64,000 nucleotides of DNA, taken from positions 1-64,000 of IMG/VR virus record IMGVR_UViG_3300020576_005098; one strand, written 5' to 3'. The notes below the pieces were generated by a model. It had not been told where the DNA came from. It did not search any database and was given only the letters and a program-made list of their open reading frames with translations. This stretch comes from a virus. Its lineage: Duplodnaviria; Caudoviricetes. Shown in pieces: positions 1 through 10,200 of the stretch (positions within the stretch are counted from its first letter, which is position 1; every line of letters begins with the position of its first letter). The position numbers and the translations under genes are program-made.

Positions 1-284
1 AGGATTAGTTCCATCTTGAGGAGATAAGACAAGTTGGGAGAGAAGATGCAGAGTTGATCTGGAAGAGTGAAAAAGAATTCTGAGAGGTTTTCTGGGTTGA
101 GGAGTGCGGGGATAAGCACACCAAAACCTGCTTGATCCGAGATACTCACCCTGCAAACAACAAGCTCTTTTTCTTCTTCTGGGAGGGATTGCAGAAGAGA
201 CGAGATGTTTTCTGGAATTGGGAAGTGGTATTCCTTGTCCGGTTCGATGAAAACCAAATCAAGTTCTTCTTGGTTGCTGGACAT
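1..284 (-). CDS. hypothetical protein, 3' partial (MSSNQEELDLVFIEPDK...)
   Basis: ATG at 284, 4 nt after the stop of 288..1019; frame stays open to the window edge (manual translation). Confidence 0.6.
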   Translation of the reverse strand, partial: MSSNQEELDLVFIEPDKEYHFPIPENISSLLQSLPEEEKELVVCRVSISDQAGFGVLIPALLNPENLSEFFFTLPDQLCIFSPNLSYLLKMELI

Positions 285-287
285 GTC

Positions 288-1019
288 TTATCCTTTGAGG
301 AGTGTTCTACCTTGTGGTTGAAACCTTCTGTCATCAGTAAGAACATTTCGTTGCGGCTGCTGATGGTGGTATTGTGAAACGTTGCCAAAATTGATCGCTT
401 CCCTTTGAACCAGAAGAGTCCCAAGCCCAGACATTGGAGTTGAATGAATTTCAACAAGGCTTGTTAGCAATCTTGGGTTTTGTTGAATTTCTTGGATATT
501 AACTTGTGTTTGGCTTGGAGGAACAACATAAGCTTGAATTTGATTTCTTGCGAGGAATGGCTGAGAGGCAAGACCTCGATCAACAACCCCAACAACTCTT
601 GCCAAAACAAACGTGTTACCAAACGCTTGTTGGATTCCTCTGTAGACAGGATAACCTTCTTTCAGAGAAACGGTTTGGTTTTGTTGAACCACTTGTTGGG
701 GTTGCTGATAGTGTTGTGCTTGTTGTTGAGAAACCCTGTTGTGGAGCATCCTGTCTATATCAATTTCCGTCACGGTGTTTGGATCTGGAACTCCCCCAGC
801 ACGAGCGAGCAAAGCCTGCTGCCTGGAAAAACCATCCAGGTCAAAGTTGGAGATGGTTTTGTCGAGTGGAAGGGGAGAAAAATGAGGGGCTTGTTGTGTT
901 TTGGCAACAAGATCTCTGATATATGGATCCTTGATTGAAGATGGATCTTGAGGAGGCGGTGGAGGATTTCTGCGGTTGTTATTGTTTCTGTTCATAGCTG
1001 CTATGCTATGAATTATCAA
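288..1019 (-). CDS. hypothetical protein with Q/N/P-rich N-terminal half
   Basis: 243-aa ORF in an overlapping minus-strand gene string. Confidence 0.7.
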   Translation of the reverse strand: MIIHSIAAMNRNNNNRRNPPPPPQDPSSIKDPYIRDLVAKTQQAPHFSPLPLDKTISNFDLDGFSRQQALLARAGGVPDPNTVTEIDIDRMLHNRVSQQQAQHYQQPQQVVQQNQTVSLKEGYPVYRGIQQAFGNTFVLARVVGVVDRGLASQPFLARNQIQAYVVPPSQTQVNIQEIQQNPRLLTSLVEIHSTPMSGLGTLLVQREAINFGNVSQYHHQQPQRNVLTDDRRFQPQGRTLLKG

Positions 1020-1312
1020 GCAAGTTTGACAAATCTACGTCTAATCAAGACTTGTTCAAGAAGCTTCTCGGAAGTTGGAGGAGCATCGAATTGAAGTCTT
1101 GCGAGAGAAGCATCAATGTCTTCCTTGATAACTCTGACCTCTGGAAGAACAGAGCGAAGCTCTTGCTGGAGAGCAATGAAATCTCTGTGAATATCTTCTC
1201 TACGAGCGTAACTTGGATAATGCTTCTCAAACAGATTTCCAGGTTTTTGTTGCTTTCTTTCTGATTGATCTGGGTGAAATTCTGATTGAAGTGGTTTCAG
1301 GTGTGATCTCAT
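1016..1312 (-). CDS. hypothetical protein
   Basis: 98 aa; 4-nt start/stop overlaps with both neighbours. Confidence 0.65.
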   Translation of the reverse strand: MRSHLKPLQSEFHPDQSERKQQKPGNLFEKHYPSYARREDIHRDFIALQQELRSVLPEVRVIKEDIDASLARLQFDAPPTSEKLLEQVLIRRRFVKLA

Positions 1313-1668
1313 TTTCTTTTGCCTTCCCCGATAAGAGTTCTAAGCTTCATAACATTTCCGATTGTGTTTCTTGTGGTTCTCAAGTAACCAATCAAGGTTA
1401 GCACAAGTCGTTTTCTTTCGGAAGCAGCTTGGTTGTGAAGGAAGTTTTCTGTCAACAGACTTTCTCCTTCATCTGCAAGTTCGTCTGCTGTAGAGAAAGT
1501 TTCATCAAGAAAGGTTTGAACCTTTTTGACGAACGCACTAAGTTTTTTGTCACCATCCTGCGCTCCAGACAACAGGAACTCGTCTGCGTCCATTGCTTCG
1601 AGGAGAATCTTTTTTACCACTGCCTTTGTGAGTGGATTGGATGTCGGCTTTGTTGATTTATCGGTCAT
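1309..1668 (-). CDS. hypothetical protein
   Basis: 119 aa; 4-nt overlaps with neighbours. Confidence 0.65.
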   Translation of the reverse strand: MTDKSTKPTSNPLTKAVVKKILLEAMDADEFLLSGAQDGDKKLSAFVKKVQTFLDETFSTADELADEGESLLTENFLHNQAASERKRLVLTLIGYLRTTRNTIGNVMKLRTLIGEGKRK

Positions 1669-1991
1669 GGCCGTAAATATGGGCCGCGAACAACCATTGG
1701 ATTATCTTCTGGAAGGATCTTCCAGAACTTTCTTTCCAGAGGAGGTTCTTCCCCCTTTCTGAAGAACATAAGCTTCCTTCCCGTGGAGGAAGTGCTGGGA
1801 TAAACACCAATGATTGTTATGTCACCAGAATGAACAAGGTTGTGACATGTCGCGCAAAGAACAGCAAGGTTGTTGCTGTGATTTGTTGAGCGACTGTCGC
1901 ATCTGGGAATTATGTGGTGAAGATGAAGGGCTGCTGGAATGTCATACAAACAAACCTCGCAGAATAACTTCTTTGGCTTCTTGGATGCCAT
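1665..1991 (-). CDS. HNH endonuclease
   Basis: CEVC...LHLHHIIPR...NHSNNLAVLCATCHNLVH zinc/HNH signature. Confidence 0.85.
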   Translation of the reverse strand: MASKKPKKLFCEVCLYDIPAALHLHHIIPRCDSRSTNHSNNLAVLCATCHNLVHSGDITIIGVYPSTSSTGRKLMFFRKGEEPPLERKFWKILPEDNPMVVRGPYLRP

Positions 1992-1998
1992 TTAATCG

Positions 1999-2868
1999 TC
2001 ACAGGAGGTATTTTGCGTGACAGGCATTCAGTGTGTTGAGGTGAAGGTCCAACACCTTTTTTAGTGGCGTCTGATAACCTCCTGCGAGGTTCCAAACAAT
2101 GGGAAGAAAAAGTTTGTTGGCAACATCGAAAACAATCTCGTCCCTTCGCTTCATCTGCTCAGTTGTGAGATATCCACCATAGGGATCTTCAACATGAGGA
2201 TCAGCACCCGCTTGGTAAAACAGAACGTCACAAGCGGCAAACTGCTCGGCAAGATTCAAAGGAAGATCATCAAGCCAACGATCAAAGCTTCGACGCTTTC
2301 CCTCTTTCTCGTCTTCATTGATCATCTGGCCGAACGTGAGATGCTCGACAATCTCACGACCATTGGAAAACTTGTCAAGAATGTCATCTGTTCCGTTGCC
2401 GTAGTGACAATCAAAATCAATGATTCCTACCCGCTTTACCTTTTGCTGCTTCCACAGCAGAAAAGCAGAAACTGCCAAACCATTGAAAGTACAAAATCCC
2501 TCGCACTCCTTAAATCCAGCATGATGAAATCCACTTGTTGGACTGAAGGTAACGGTTTGGTTTTCAACAGCGTACAAGGCAGCGTTGTAAAAGCTTCCCT
2601 GGGTGTAAGGAAGACTTGCTGCTAGCTCAGGAGAATAATTCCCGAAACCATTCGCAATTTCCAAATCAAGAACACCATCAACGAAGCTGGAGTTGTGAGC
2701 AACCTTGATCTGAGAACGAGTCAAAGGTTCCCAATCCTGCTTCACTTTAATCAGACCAGTTGTCTGGAAATAGTCAACAACTTCCTTCGGCTTGCGTGCA
2801 GAAGGACTGAAAGACTTCATGTTGGGTGCGTTTTGTTCCGGCCTGTAAAACGTTGCTAGTTTTTTCAT
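1999..2868 (-). CDS. histone deacetylase/AcuC-family zinc-dependent deacetylase
   Basis: GFHHA, GFCTFNGLA, IIDFDCHYGNGT, YQAGADPHVEDPYGG and LAGGY motifs. Confidence 0.9.
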   Translation of the reverse strand: MKKLATFYRPEQNAPNMKSFSPSARKPKEVVDYFQTTGLIKVKQDWEPLTRSQIKVAHNSSFVDGVLDLEIANGFGNYSPELAASLPYTQGSFYNAALYAVENQTVTFSPTSGFHHAGFKECEGFCTFNGLAVSAFLLWKQQKVKRVGIIDFDCHYGNGTDDILDKFSNGREIVEHLTFGQMINEDEKEGKRRSFDRWLDDLPLNLAEQFAACDVLFYQAGADPHVEDPYGGYLTTEQMKRRDEIVFDVANKLFLPIVWNLAGGYQTPLKKVLDLHLNTLNACHAKYLL

Positions 2869-2871
2869 TTC

Positions 2872-3174
2872 TCACCACCAATAAAGAACTGAAATGTATT
2901 CATCTTCATCAAAACCGTTTTCCATGAAAACTTTCTTGAAGACATCAAATGCCTCTTCGGCCTTTTTGTCCCCTTTGCATTCGTCATAGTATTCAGCGAG
3001 GGTGAAACCGATCAGAGAACCGTTGGTTACATCTTCAGCAACAGTGTCATTGAACCAATCAATGTATTTTCTTCCACCAGGAAGATTCATCACAACCTTT
3101 TTTAGTTCTTGCCAATCAACATATTGGTATTTCGTCAGAGTCATTGGTTTTCCTTTCTCAACAAACACTACCAC
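2872..3174 (-). CDS. hypothetical protein
   Basis: 100-aa ORF 3 nt upstream of the HDAC gene. Confidence 0.6.
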   Translation of the reverse strand: MVVFVEKGKPMTLTKYQYVDWQELKKVVMNLPGGRKYIDWFNDTVAEDVTNGSLIGFTLAEYYDECKGDKKAEEAFDVFKKVFMENGFDEDEYISVLYWW

Positions 3175-3200
3175 GGAATCATCCCTGTGTCAAGAACATC

Positions 3201-3229
3201 TTGACCTTGCTGTGGTGTTGTTGTAGGGT
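3201..3229 (+). promoter_or_regulatory. sigma70-type promoter TTGACC-N17-TAGGGT
   Basis: Hexamers with 17-nt spacing, 6 nt before ATG 3236; same pattern at 36380, 50115, 53087, 56263, 58781. Confidence 0.6.
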
Positions 3230-3235
3230 GTTGGT

Positions 3236-3481
3236 ATGAAGCAACAACGACGTTTTGCCTTCGATGAACCTGGGGAGAATGATGAGGACTTGACAGTGAT
3301 TGTCACAGAAGACTGGATCCGTGAAAATTACTGGCCTTTCTGGTATGAAAAGATGGTTGAAAAGAGTGGGAAGGAAAAGGCAGACAACTGCACCGTCCAA
3401 GATTGCTTGGATGATTGGGTTGCCTGTCAGTGGGCTTGGGTTCTGGGAGAGGATGGAAAGTGGAAGGCTTACGGGAAGTGA
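3236..3481 (+). CDS. hypothetical protein (Trp-rich)
   Basis: 81-aa ORF with its own promoter. Confidence 0.65.
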   Translation: MKQQRRFAFDEPGENDEDLTVIVTEDWIRENYWPFWYEKMVEKSGKEKADNCTVQDCLDDWVACQWAWVLGEDGKWKAYGK

Positions 3482-3530
3482 GTTGAGAAAATAGAGGAGA
3501 CTGGTTGCTGTATCAGCAGACAATATTGTG

Positions 3531-4022
3531 TTAAAATTGCATCACAATATTGTCTGCACGGATTGCCAGTGTGATATCGGCGGTAGCAGTACCATCATCA
3601 TAAGACAAATCACCGAAAGTGGCTGTTGTCACGAACGCACCTTTAACATCCCAGAGTTGAACAACTGTTCCCACCGGGTCCAGCATTTTGATCTGAATAT
3701 CACGTTTGTAGAAGTCTGGATAGCCAGCACGCCCAGAAACAGATTCATAACAAAGACGAATCCATTCCATAACCTGTTGAGCGCCAGATGGGCTGATGGC
3801 ATCAAACAAGGTAACGGACAAAGTTCCGAAAGTAGTCTTACCAGCGATATATCTGGTCGAGTTGATCCAGTTGAGAGCAACTTCTTCTGTTGAGACTTCT
3901 GGTCTTGCTGCGGTTTTGATAAGGAAGGCGTCAATGCCTTCGATAGCAAACACAAAGCCTCTTTTCATCAGCGGAGTAAACTTCGCTGGAAGCATTTCTG
4001 GGACTGAGAGAATTTGGGCCAT
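3531..4022 (-). CDS. gp19: tail tube protein (T4 gp19-like)
   Basis: 163 aa directly downstream of sheath genes; FLIKTAARPEVS...YKRDIQIKMLDPVGTVVQLWDVKGAF tube-like pattern. Confidence 0.85.
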   Translation of the reverse strand: MAQILSVPEMLPAKFTPLMKRGFVFAIEGIDAFLIKTAARPEVSTEEVALNWINSTRYIAGKTTFGTLSVTLFDAISPSGAQQVMEWIRLCYESVSGRAGYPDFYKRDIQIKMLDPVGTVVQLWDVKGAFVTTATFGDLSYDDGTATADITLAIRADNIVMQF

Positions 4023-4076
4023 GATTTTCCTCTATTTTCCTGTTGGTTGAAATTAACTAGCTGTTTTTCTCAGGAA

Positions 4077-7000
4077 TTAGCCGCCAACAAAGTTGTCACG
4101 GTTTGTGACAACGAAGTCGATAGAAAAGAACTCAAGACTTGTTGTTGGGATCAAGAAAATCTTGCCCTTCATTGTCTTGTTGTCGAGGTCAGCTTGGGTT
4201 GTGGTTGTAGTGTCGATAGTAACCTTGTATTTTTCAACACCACCAGCGGCTTGGTATCTTGCAAGAATTGGTTGAACAGCAGCGTTGAAAGCAGCCAAGG
4301 TTGCTTCTTTTGCTGGTTCAAACAAGAATCTTGTGGCAACTTGACGAACTTCTCTTCTGATTGCAATGAGAAGACGACGAACGTTTACTCTGTTGAGCAA
4401 ACTGTCTTTGTTGAGCAGAGTTTTTTGTCCCCAGACCACTGGACCAACGCCCTGCTTGGACAAGAGAAGGTTCAACCGTGCCACATAAAGGGCATCTGCG
4501 TTGGCTTGATTGAGCGCAACAGCAAAGTCTGTGACGTTGGAAAGAGTGCCTCTTGTAAAGCCCGCAGGAGCGTTGAATGGCTGCCCAACCGTATCGTTTT
4601 TGGCATAAACACCAAGCACTGCAACCGAAGGTGGAACTTTTTCAACAACCGTTCCATTTGGCAGAGCGATGTTGCAGTCTGGGAAGTAAGCCGCTGCAAA
4701 AGAACTATTGACTCCTCTGGAGACAAACGCTTGTGCTGTTTGAGAAACGTTTACGGAATCATAGCTTCCAGTAATGGAAATTCCGTTAACGTCATATTGT
4801 TCTGGATCCATGATGTAGAAGCAATCAAACCTGTCTTGCTCCATGGCGTTCACAACAGTGTCTGTCACATAACGAACACGAATACCGGGAACAGTAAGAA
4901 GCTGGATGCTGACTTCGTTCACATCAGAAACAATATCGGTTGCTTTGAGATAGCTTTGAACCGTTGGACCGTTGGTAAGGCCGCGGTCTGTTCTTGCAAT
5001 TTCCTGAGCGACAGCAGCGTTTTTGAGGTAACGTGTATCCTGGTTGAAAATTCTCACGCCATCAAACCCTCTTTCCAGATAGAAAGAAAACTTGGCGAGA
5101 GACTGAACCGCTGCGTTTTGATTCAAGTCACCAACACGCAACGCTCTTGTTTTCGTTGTTTCGTCCGCTGAAATGTTACCACCGCGGACATAACTCCAAG
5201 AGAGCAGAGAAGAAACAGAAGTATCTGGTCTGTCACCACTTCCAGTAACAACCTTCACCTTTTCCAGAGAGAACAAGTTTTTGTTGAAGACATCACAATC
5301 CAGGATTCCGTTGTCTGTTGTGGAGGCTTCTCCACTGTTGGCATAAACGGCAGGTTGCATGTTGGTTGCATCAGCAAAGCTTGGGAAGTATTTGCTGTAA
5401 CCCAGGAGACCTGAGTTAAACTGTGTGCTTCCATTGGGGTCGGTGATGCTTGTTACATTTTGGAATTGAACACCCCAGAACAAGGAAGTATCGACACCAG
5501 AACTTGCATTGGACTTTTTCAGGTTCAAACGCATTGGAATTGGCGGTTGAGAAGCACTGAAAAGTGGGACCAAGCCAAGGGAGGAAGTAGCAAAGTACGG
5601 CCTTCCAGAGTCAATCAAGTCTCCATGACCGAGATTGTAAAGGCTGCTGCTTCCCTGTGTCACAAGGTGCTGTGGACCTCTAAAACCAAAAGGAATTGCG
5701 GAAGGATCAACTTCACCAGAGTCAACAGCGTCAGACACTTCGACTCTAACAAACCTGGAGTTCACTGGATAATCCCCAGTGGTCACAACTTTTTGGGAAT
5801 CGAGATCCGTGTCAAAGTTGAAGAATGTGTGTTGAGTACCAATGATCTTGGCAATGTACCTTGGGTTGGTTGGATCCAAGGAAAGATTTGTGTATGTTTC
5901 CAGAGCACCTTCGGAATCCAAAGAGTTCATGCGTTTTACAAGAACGGTAAAAGTTCCGTAAGGCTGTGTGGCGTTTCCAGGTTGAATGTTGGTGATAGAA
6001 ATTCTCACATCACCATTTCCTGCTTCACCATCCGAAAGGTGATGAAACCTGAAAAGGTTGACTGGGTTTCCACCGAAACCTTGGGAAATAACCCAAGGAG
6101 ACAAGGCTGTGCTATAACGGTCAGCAAAGCCTTCAAAGTTTGGAGTGATGGCAGAACCCACATTGGAGGTGTGGGTGGCATTAGAACCTGATCCTGGAAC
6201 CAGGAATGCCACGTTTTCAACTGTTCCATAAGCTGAACCAGACTCAGGGTGAATGATTCCTGAACCTGTTGGAACAGCCAAAGCGGAAAACACATCAAAG
6301 TGTGCGTAGAGCAAGTGTCCAGCCTGATCTGTTTTCAGTGGATCAGTGTTGAGAACGCTGGGAAAGTAGTTGATAGCTTGTGGATCAAAGCTGGCAGTGA
6401 TAATGTTTGGATAGCGGCTATCTGTTCCCTTGTGTCCGTTCAGCAGAAGAACAAAGTTTTGTTGGCCGTTAGCAAGTTGAATGGAACCAGAAAAAGCGCC
6501 GTTAAAAGTTGTTTCTGTTGCAACAAGTCCAGAAGCAGGGGCAGGGGATGGTTGTGCAGCGGAAGACAAGCGGAGAACAACACCAGAAGGTGCAAACAAA
6601 ACACCACGAACAATCGGGGCTGCGTTCGTTGAAGTTTGCAAACCAGCATCGGAGAGAAAGGTGCTGCCAGCAGATTCAGACATGAAGGCACCCAGCATGT
6701 AAACGCTTCCGGTAACGCCACCATGGTTGGCATAGATGTTGCCACCAATAGCCCCATCTGATCCACTGATTTGTTCCGCACCAACAACAAATCCTGCTCT
6801 TGTAACAGTTCCATCAGCAGCCCTGGCTGTCCCATCACCAGCACCAAGAACTCTGACTTGAATCATTGGAACTGATGTGTTTCCAAACCATTCTCTAGCA
6901 GAGAGATAGCCAAGTGGAGTGTTTGCATTCATTCCACCAAAAACAGAAACGTAATCACTCAATGTTGTTGTGAGAACGGGAACGAAAGCTGGTCCTTTTG

Positions 7001-7103
7001 CTGTTGGGGAAATTACACAAGCAGGCACGCCGCTTGGTGTTCGGGTTGTTGGTTGACTAATGTCGAATTCTCTAGCTGAAACACCTGGGCTCAAAAGTGC
7101 CAT
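4077..7103 (-). CDS. gp18: tail sheath protein, paralogue 2
   Basis: N-terminal LLSPGVSAREFD; C-terminal PFNAPAGFTRG, VVWGQKTL, LNRVNVRRLLIAIRR sheath motifs. Confidence 0.9.
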   Translation of the reverse strand: MALLSPGVSAREFDISQPTTRTPSGVPACVISPTAKGPAFVPVLTTTLSDYVSVFGGMNANTPLGYLSAREWFGNTSVPMIQVRVLGAGDGTARAADGTVTRAGFVVGAEQISGSDGAIGGNIYANHGGVTGSVYMLGAFMSESAGSTFLSDAGLQTSTNAAPIVRGVLFAPSGVVLRLSSAAQPSPAPASGLVATETTFNGAFSGSIQLANGQQNFVLLLNGHKGTDSRYPNIITASFDPQAINYFPSVLNTDPLKTDQAGHLLYAHFDVFSALAVPTGSGIIHPESGSAYGTVENVAFLVPGSGSNATHTSNVGSAITPNFEGFADRYSTALSPWVISQGFGGNPVNLFRFHHLSDGEAGNGDVRISITNIQPGNATQPYGTFTVLVKRMNSLDSEGALETYTNLSLDPTNPRYIAKIIGTQHTFFNFDTDLDSQKVVTTGDYPVNSRFVRVEVSDAVDSGEVDPSAIPFGFRGPQHLVTQGSSSLYNLGHGDLIDSGRPYFATSSLGLVPLFSASQPPIPMRLNLKKSNASSGVDTSLFWGVQFQNVTSITDPNGSTQFNSGLLGYSKYFPSFADATNMQPAVYANSGEASTTDNGILDCDVFNKNLFSLEKVKVVTGSGDRPDTSVSSLLSWSYVRGGNISADETTKTRALRVGDLNQNAAVQSLAKFSFYLERGFDGVRIFNQDTRYLKNAAVAQEIARTDRGLTNGPTVQSYLKATDIVSDVNEVSIQLLTVPGIRVRYVTDTVVNAMEQDRFDCFYIMDPEQYDVNGISITGSYDSVNVSQTAQAFVSRGVNSSFAAAYFPDCNIALPNGTVVEKVPPSVAVLGVYAKNDTVGQPFNAPAGFTRGTLSNVTDFAVALNQANADALYVARLNLLLSKQGVGPVVWGQKTLLNKDSLLNRVNVRRLLIAIRREVRQVATRFLFEPAKEATLAAFNAAVQPILARYQAAGGVEKYKVTIDTTTTTQADLDNKTMKGKIFLIPTTSLEFFSIDFVVTNRDNFVGG

Positions 7104-7136
7104 TGTTGTTTATCTCCGTTTCGGTTGCTCGATAAA

Positions 7137-7171
7137 TAGAACAACCCAGGAAAACGACTGCTTTCCTGGGT
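7137..7171 (-). terminator. hairpin between the two sheath genes
   Basis: caacccaggaaa...tttcctgggttg inverted repeat in the intergenic gap. Confidence 0.45.
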
Positions 7172-7202
7172 TGCTACGCTGGTTTAGATTTTTGGAATCA
7201 GA

Positions 7203-10200
7203 TTATCCCAGTGTCACTCCCGAAGGAAGAAGAACAAAATCCATTGTGATGTATTCAGTTGCTCTTGTTGGGAGAACTCTGATCTGAGCATTCATTCTGT
7301 TGCTGTTCACATCATCAGCGGTGTTGTTTCTTCCATCGCAGATAACAGCAAACTGTTCAATGCCTTGTTGCAACTGGATCGCTGAGAGAACCAAGCTGGC
7401 TTCGCTGACAAAACGTTGACGAAGGGCTGGGGTGTTTTGCTCAAACAACATCCTGTTGGCAATTTGAATAACTTGGCGCTTCAGCTCAAGAATCATTCTC
7501 TTGACGTTGATACTCTCCAGGGCACTTGTTGCTTGTTGGAGTGTGTTTTGAGAGAAGAACACATAATTTGCCCCAGGGAATTTAACAATTGGGTTGATGT
7601 TTGCATCAAACAGTGTGTTTCTATCTCCTTGATTGACTCTGACCGAAGTCAAGACTACGAAGGAAAGAGAGCCACGATCAAAACCAGCAGGAGCAAACCA
7701 AGGGAATTTCACCCGGTCGTTGTAGCTCAACGCAGCAACTGCTGCGACGCTCGCTGGGACAGTTACTCTACGGCGATTTACCGAGTCATCCATCACGATG
7801 TTCGGGAAGTAAGCACCCGCCGCATTATTGTCCAAAGCCCTTGTGATAAAAGAGTTGGCTGTGTTTTTGATGGATGGGTGTCTTGTTGTTTCACCATCAA
7901 AAATACGCAGGTTGTTTTGGTCGTATGGCTGAATGTCCATTGGGTAGAAAGACAGACCATAAGCCAAGTTCTTTTCAAGAGCGTAGTTCGTAACGAGTGG
8001 ATCTCTTTGTCCTGGGATTGCCAAAATGTTATTGTTGGCAATGTTTGGGTTTGTTGCAACGTCGATTGCAGTCCTGTAAGCAACCACACAACTGTTTGTT
8101 GTTGAAACACCCGTATAATTTCTTCCGGACAGCACAGGAGATGTGCTGAAAAGCGCACCTGGGCTGATGTAGTTGCTATTGGCAACACCGTAAGTCCCTG
8201 CCAAACCAACTTCGGTAGAAGTGGATCTGTCAGTAAATCTAGCAGCGTGTTTGTCAAAAATATTCACACCATCCCAACCCCCCTGCATGAAGGTTGTAAA
8301 CTTGGTGTATGGTGAATAGTTGTTGAAAATAACAGCACTTCCACTGTTCAGCAACGAAGCAAACGTCAAACGGTTGCTGAAGTTTGTTGCTGCGTAGGTG
8401 TTTGAGTCAATAGCAGCATTGCGAAGGTAAGCAGCTTCTCTCAACAGGGTTGTTGGCGACCCTGCCGTAACATCGGCCATGCTCGTTACATTCAATGCAA
8501 CTTTGGCGAGAGAGAATTTGTTGTTGTTCAACAAGTCTGATTGAGAACCTGTTGTCAAAACACCTTGTTTCTCAATACCGGCAAATTTGGCAAAGGAAGA
8601 AATAATTGGGTTGATTTCTGTGTTGGTGTTGACGTTCAAAACGTCATTGTTGTTTCTCTCAAATTTGACACCCCAAAACAATCTTCCATCGAACACGGTT
8701 TGAGAAGAAGGAGCACCGAACACTGTTCCGGATGCTGTCAGTTGGTTTCTTGTTGTGGTGAATCTGAAAGGCACGGGTGGAACAATGGAACCTGACAACA
8801 ACGCTCCACCTGGAACCAAGCTGGAGGAGACGCCGGAAATCATTGAACGGCTGCGAGAAACGTTGTTGATCGCATCGGTCAAAGAAACGTTTGTCAACGG
8901 CATTTGATGCCCACGAAAACCAAATGGCAGCGCCCTCGCTGGAACTTCGCCCGCGTCTAGTTGCGAACTTGGAATTACGCGAATGAAATGACTGCGATTT
9001 CCGTATTTTCCTTCAACAACAATTCCTCTGTCATCGGCATCGGTCGCATCAAAGTTGAATTTGGTGCGCTTGTCACCAATGACTTTGGCAATGTAGTTTT
9101 CACTGTTTGGATCCAAGCTGAGATTGCTGAACTGTTCCAGAATTTGAGGGTCAGTGTCGGAATCGCTGAAAGCACGAACCATCAAAGAGAAGGTGCCGTA
9201 GTTTGTTGATGGATTTGTTGAAGCCAACAGGTTGGCAATGCTGATTTTGTATTTGTCGTTTGCGTATTTCCCGTCATCCCTGCTCTCCACTTGAAACAGA
9301 TCATATTCTACATTTCCGAATGGTTGGGAAATAAAGAACGGGGTTTTTGGTGTTGTGTATCTTGTGTTGAATAGACCAAATGCTTCTCCAAATGTTGTTC
9401 CGAATTGGTTGGCATATTGGGAGCCAGAAAGAATGGCAACGGTGGCTGCTGAGTTACTTGCTGACAAAACAGCAACCTCGCTATCAACCGCATAATCCAA
9501 ATACAGCAAGTGTTTCTTGGAATCAAAGTCCAAGGGGTTGGTGTTTAGAATTTTCCCGACATAGTTTTCGTTACCCGGATCCAGAGAAGCGGAGTAAATC
9601 CTCAACCCAGCGAAACCGTCGTCAGAAGCAAAGGAATTCCCGGATGAAGAAGAAAGAACCAGTTTGAACAAACCATTCATTGGTCCTGGGGAGGTACCAA
9701 CAATGGCCGCTTCGTTTGTTCCAAGACCACTTGCGTAATCAGAAGGAGTAAAAGTTCCTTCTGCATCAAATACCATGAAGCGGGAATCCGGTGTCGTGAA
9801 AAGAGTAGCTCTAACAAGGTTTACCGTTTCACTAATTCCGGGAGTTAATCCAGAAACAGAATAACTGTCATTGTTTGTGAACATTGGAAAACCAAAAGAC
9901 TCATTGGTTTGAACATGGTGATTGGCAACAATAAACTGAACGCGCCCTTGCAAAGCACCAGACGCAAACGTTGTACCCGCGCCAACCACCTTCATCCCAG
10001 CGTTAACAACCGTTCCTTGTGTTTCTGTCAAGGAGATGTCAACAGAACTGCTGTTGGCTCCACATCCCAAAACACGAATATAGTTTGCTGATGCAACTTC
10101 CGTGCCTTTGCCTTCGAAATATTTTTGAACCGCGAAGGTTGATGGGTATTTGGCATCTACAGCACCGAACTTGTTTTCAAAGTCCAAGTAGCTGCCGACG

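Noticed and set aside
4014-6191. Long plus-strand ORFs (385 aa, 243 aa) opposite the sheath genes, and similar shadows opposite capsid, scaffold and portal
   Set aside because: Antisense shadows of strongly codon-biased genes; no motifs or RBS, Cys/Ser/Phe-rich composition
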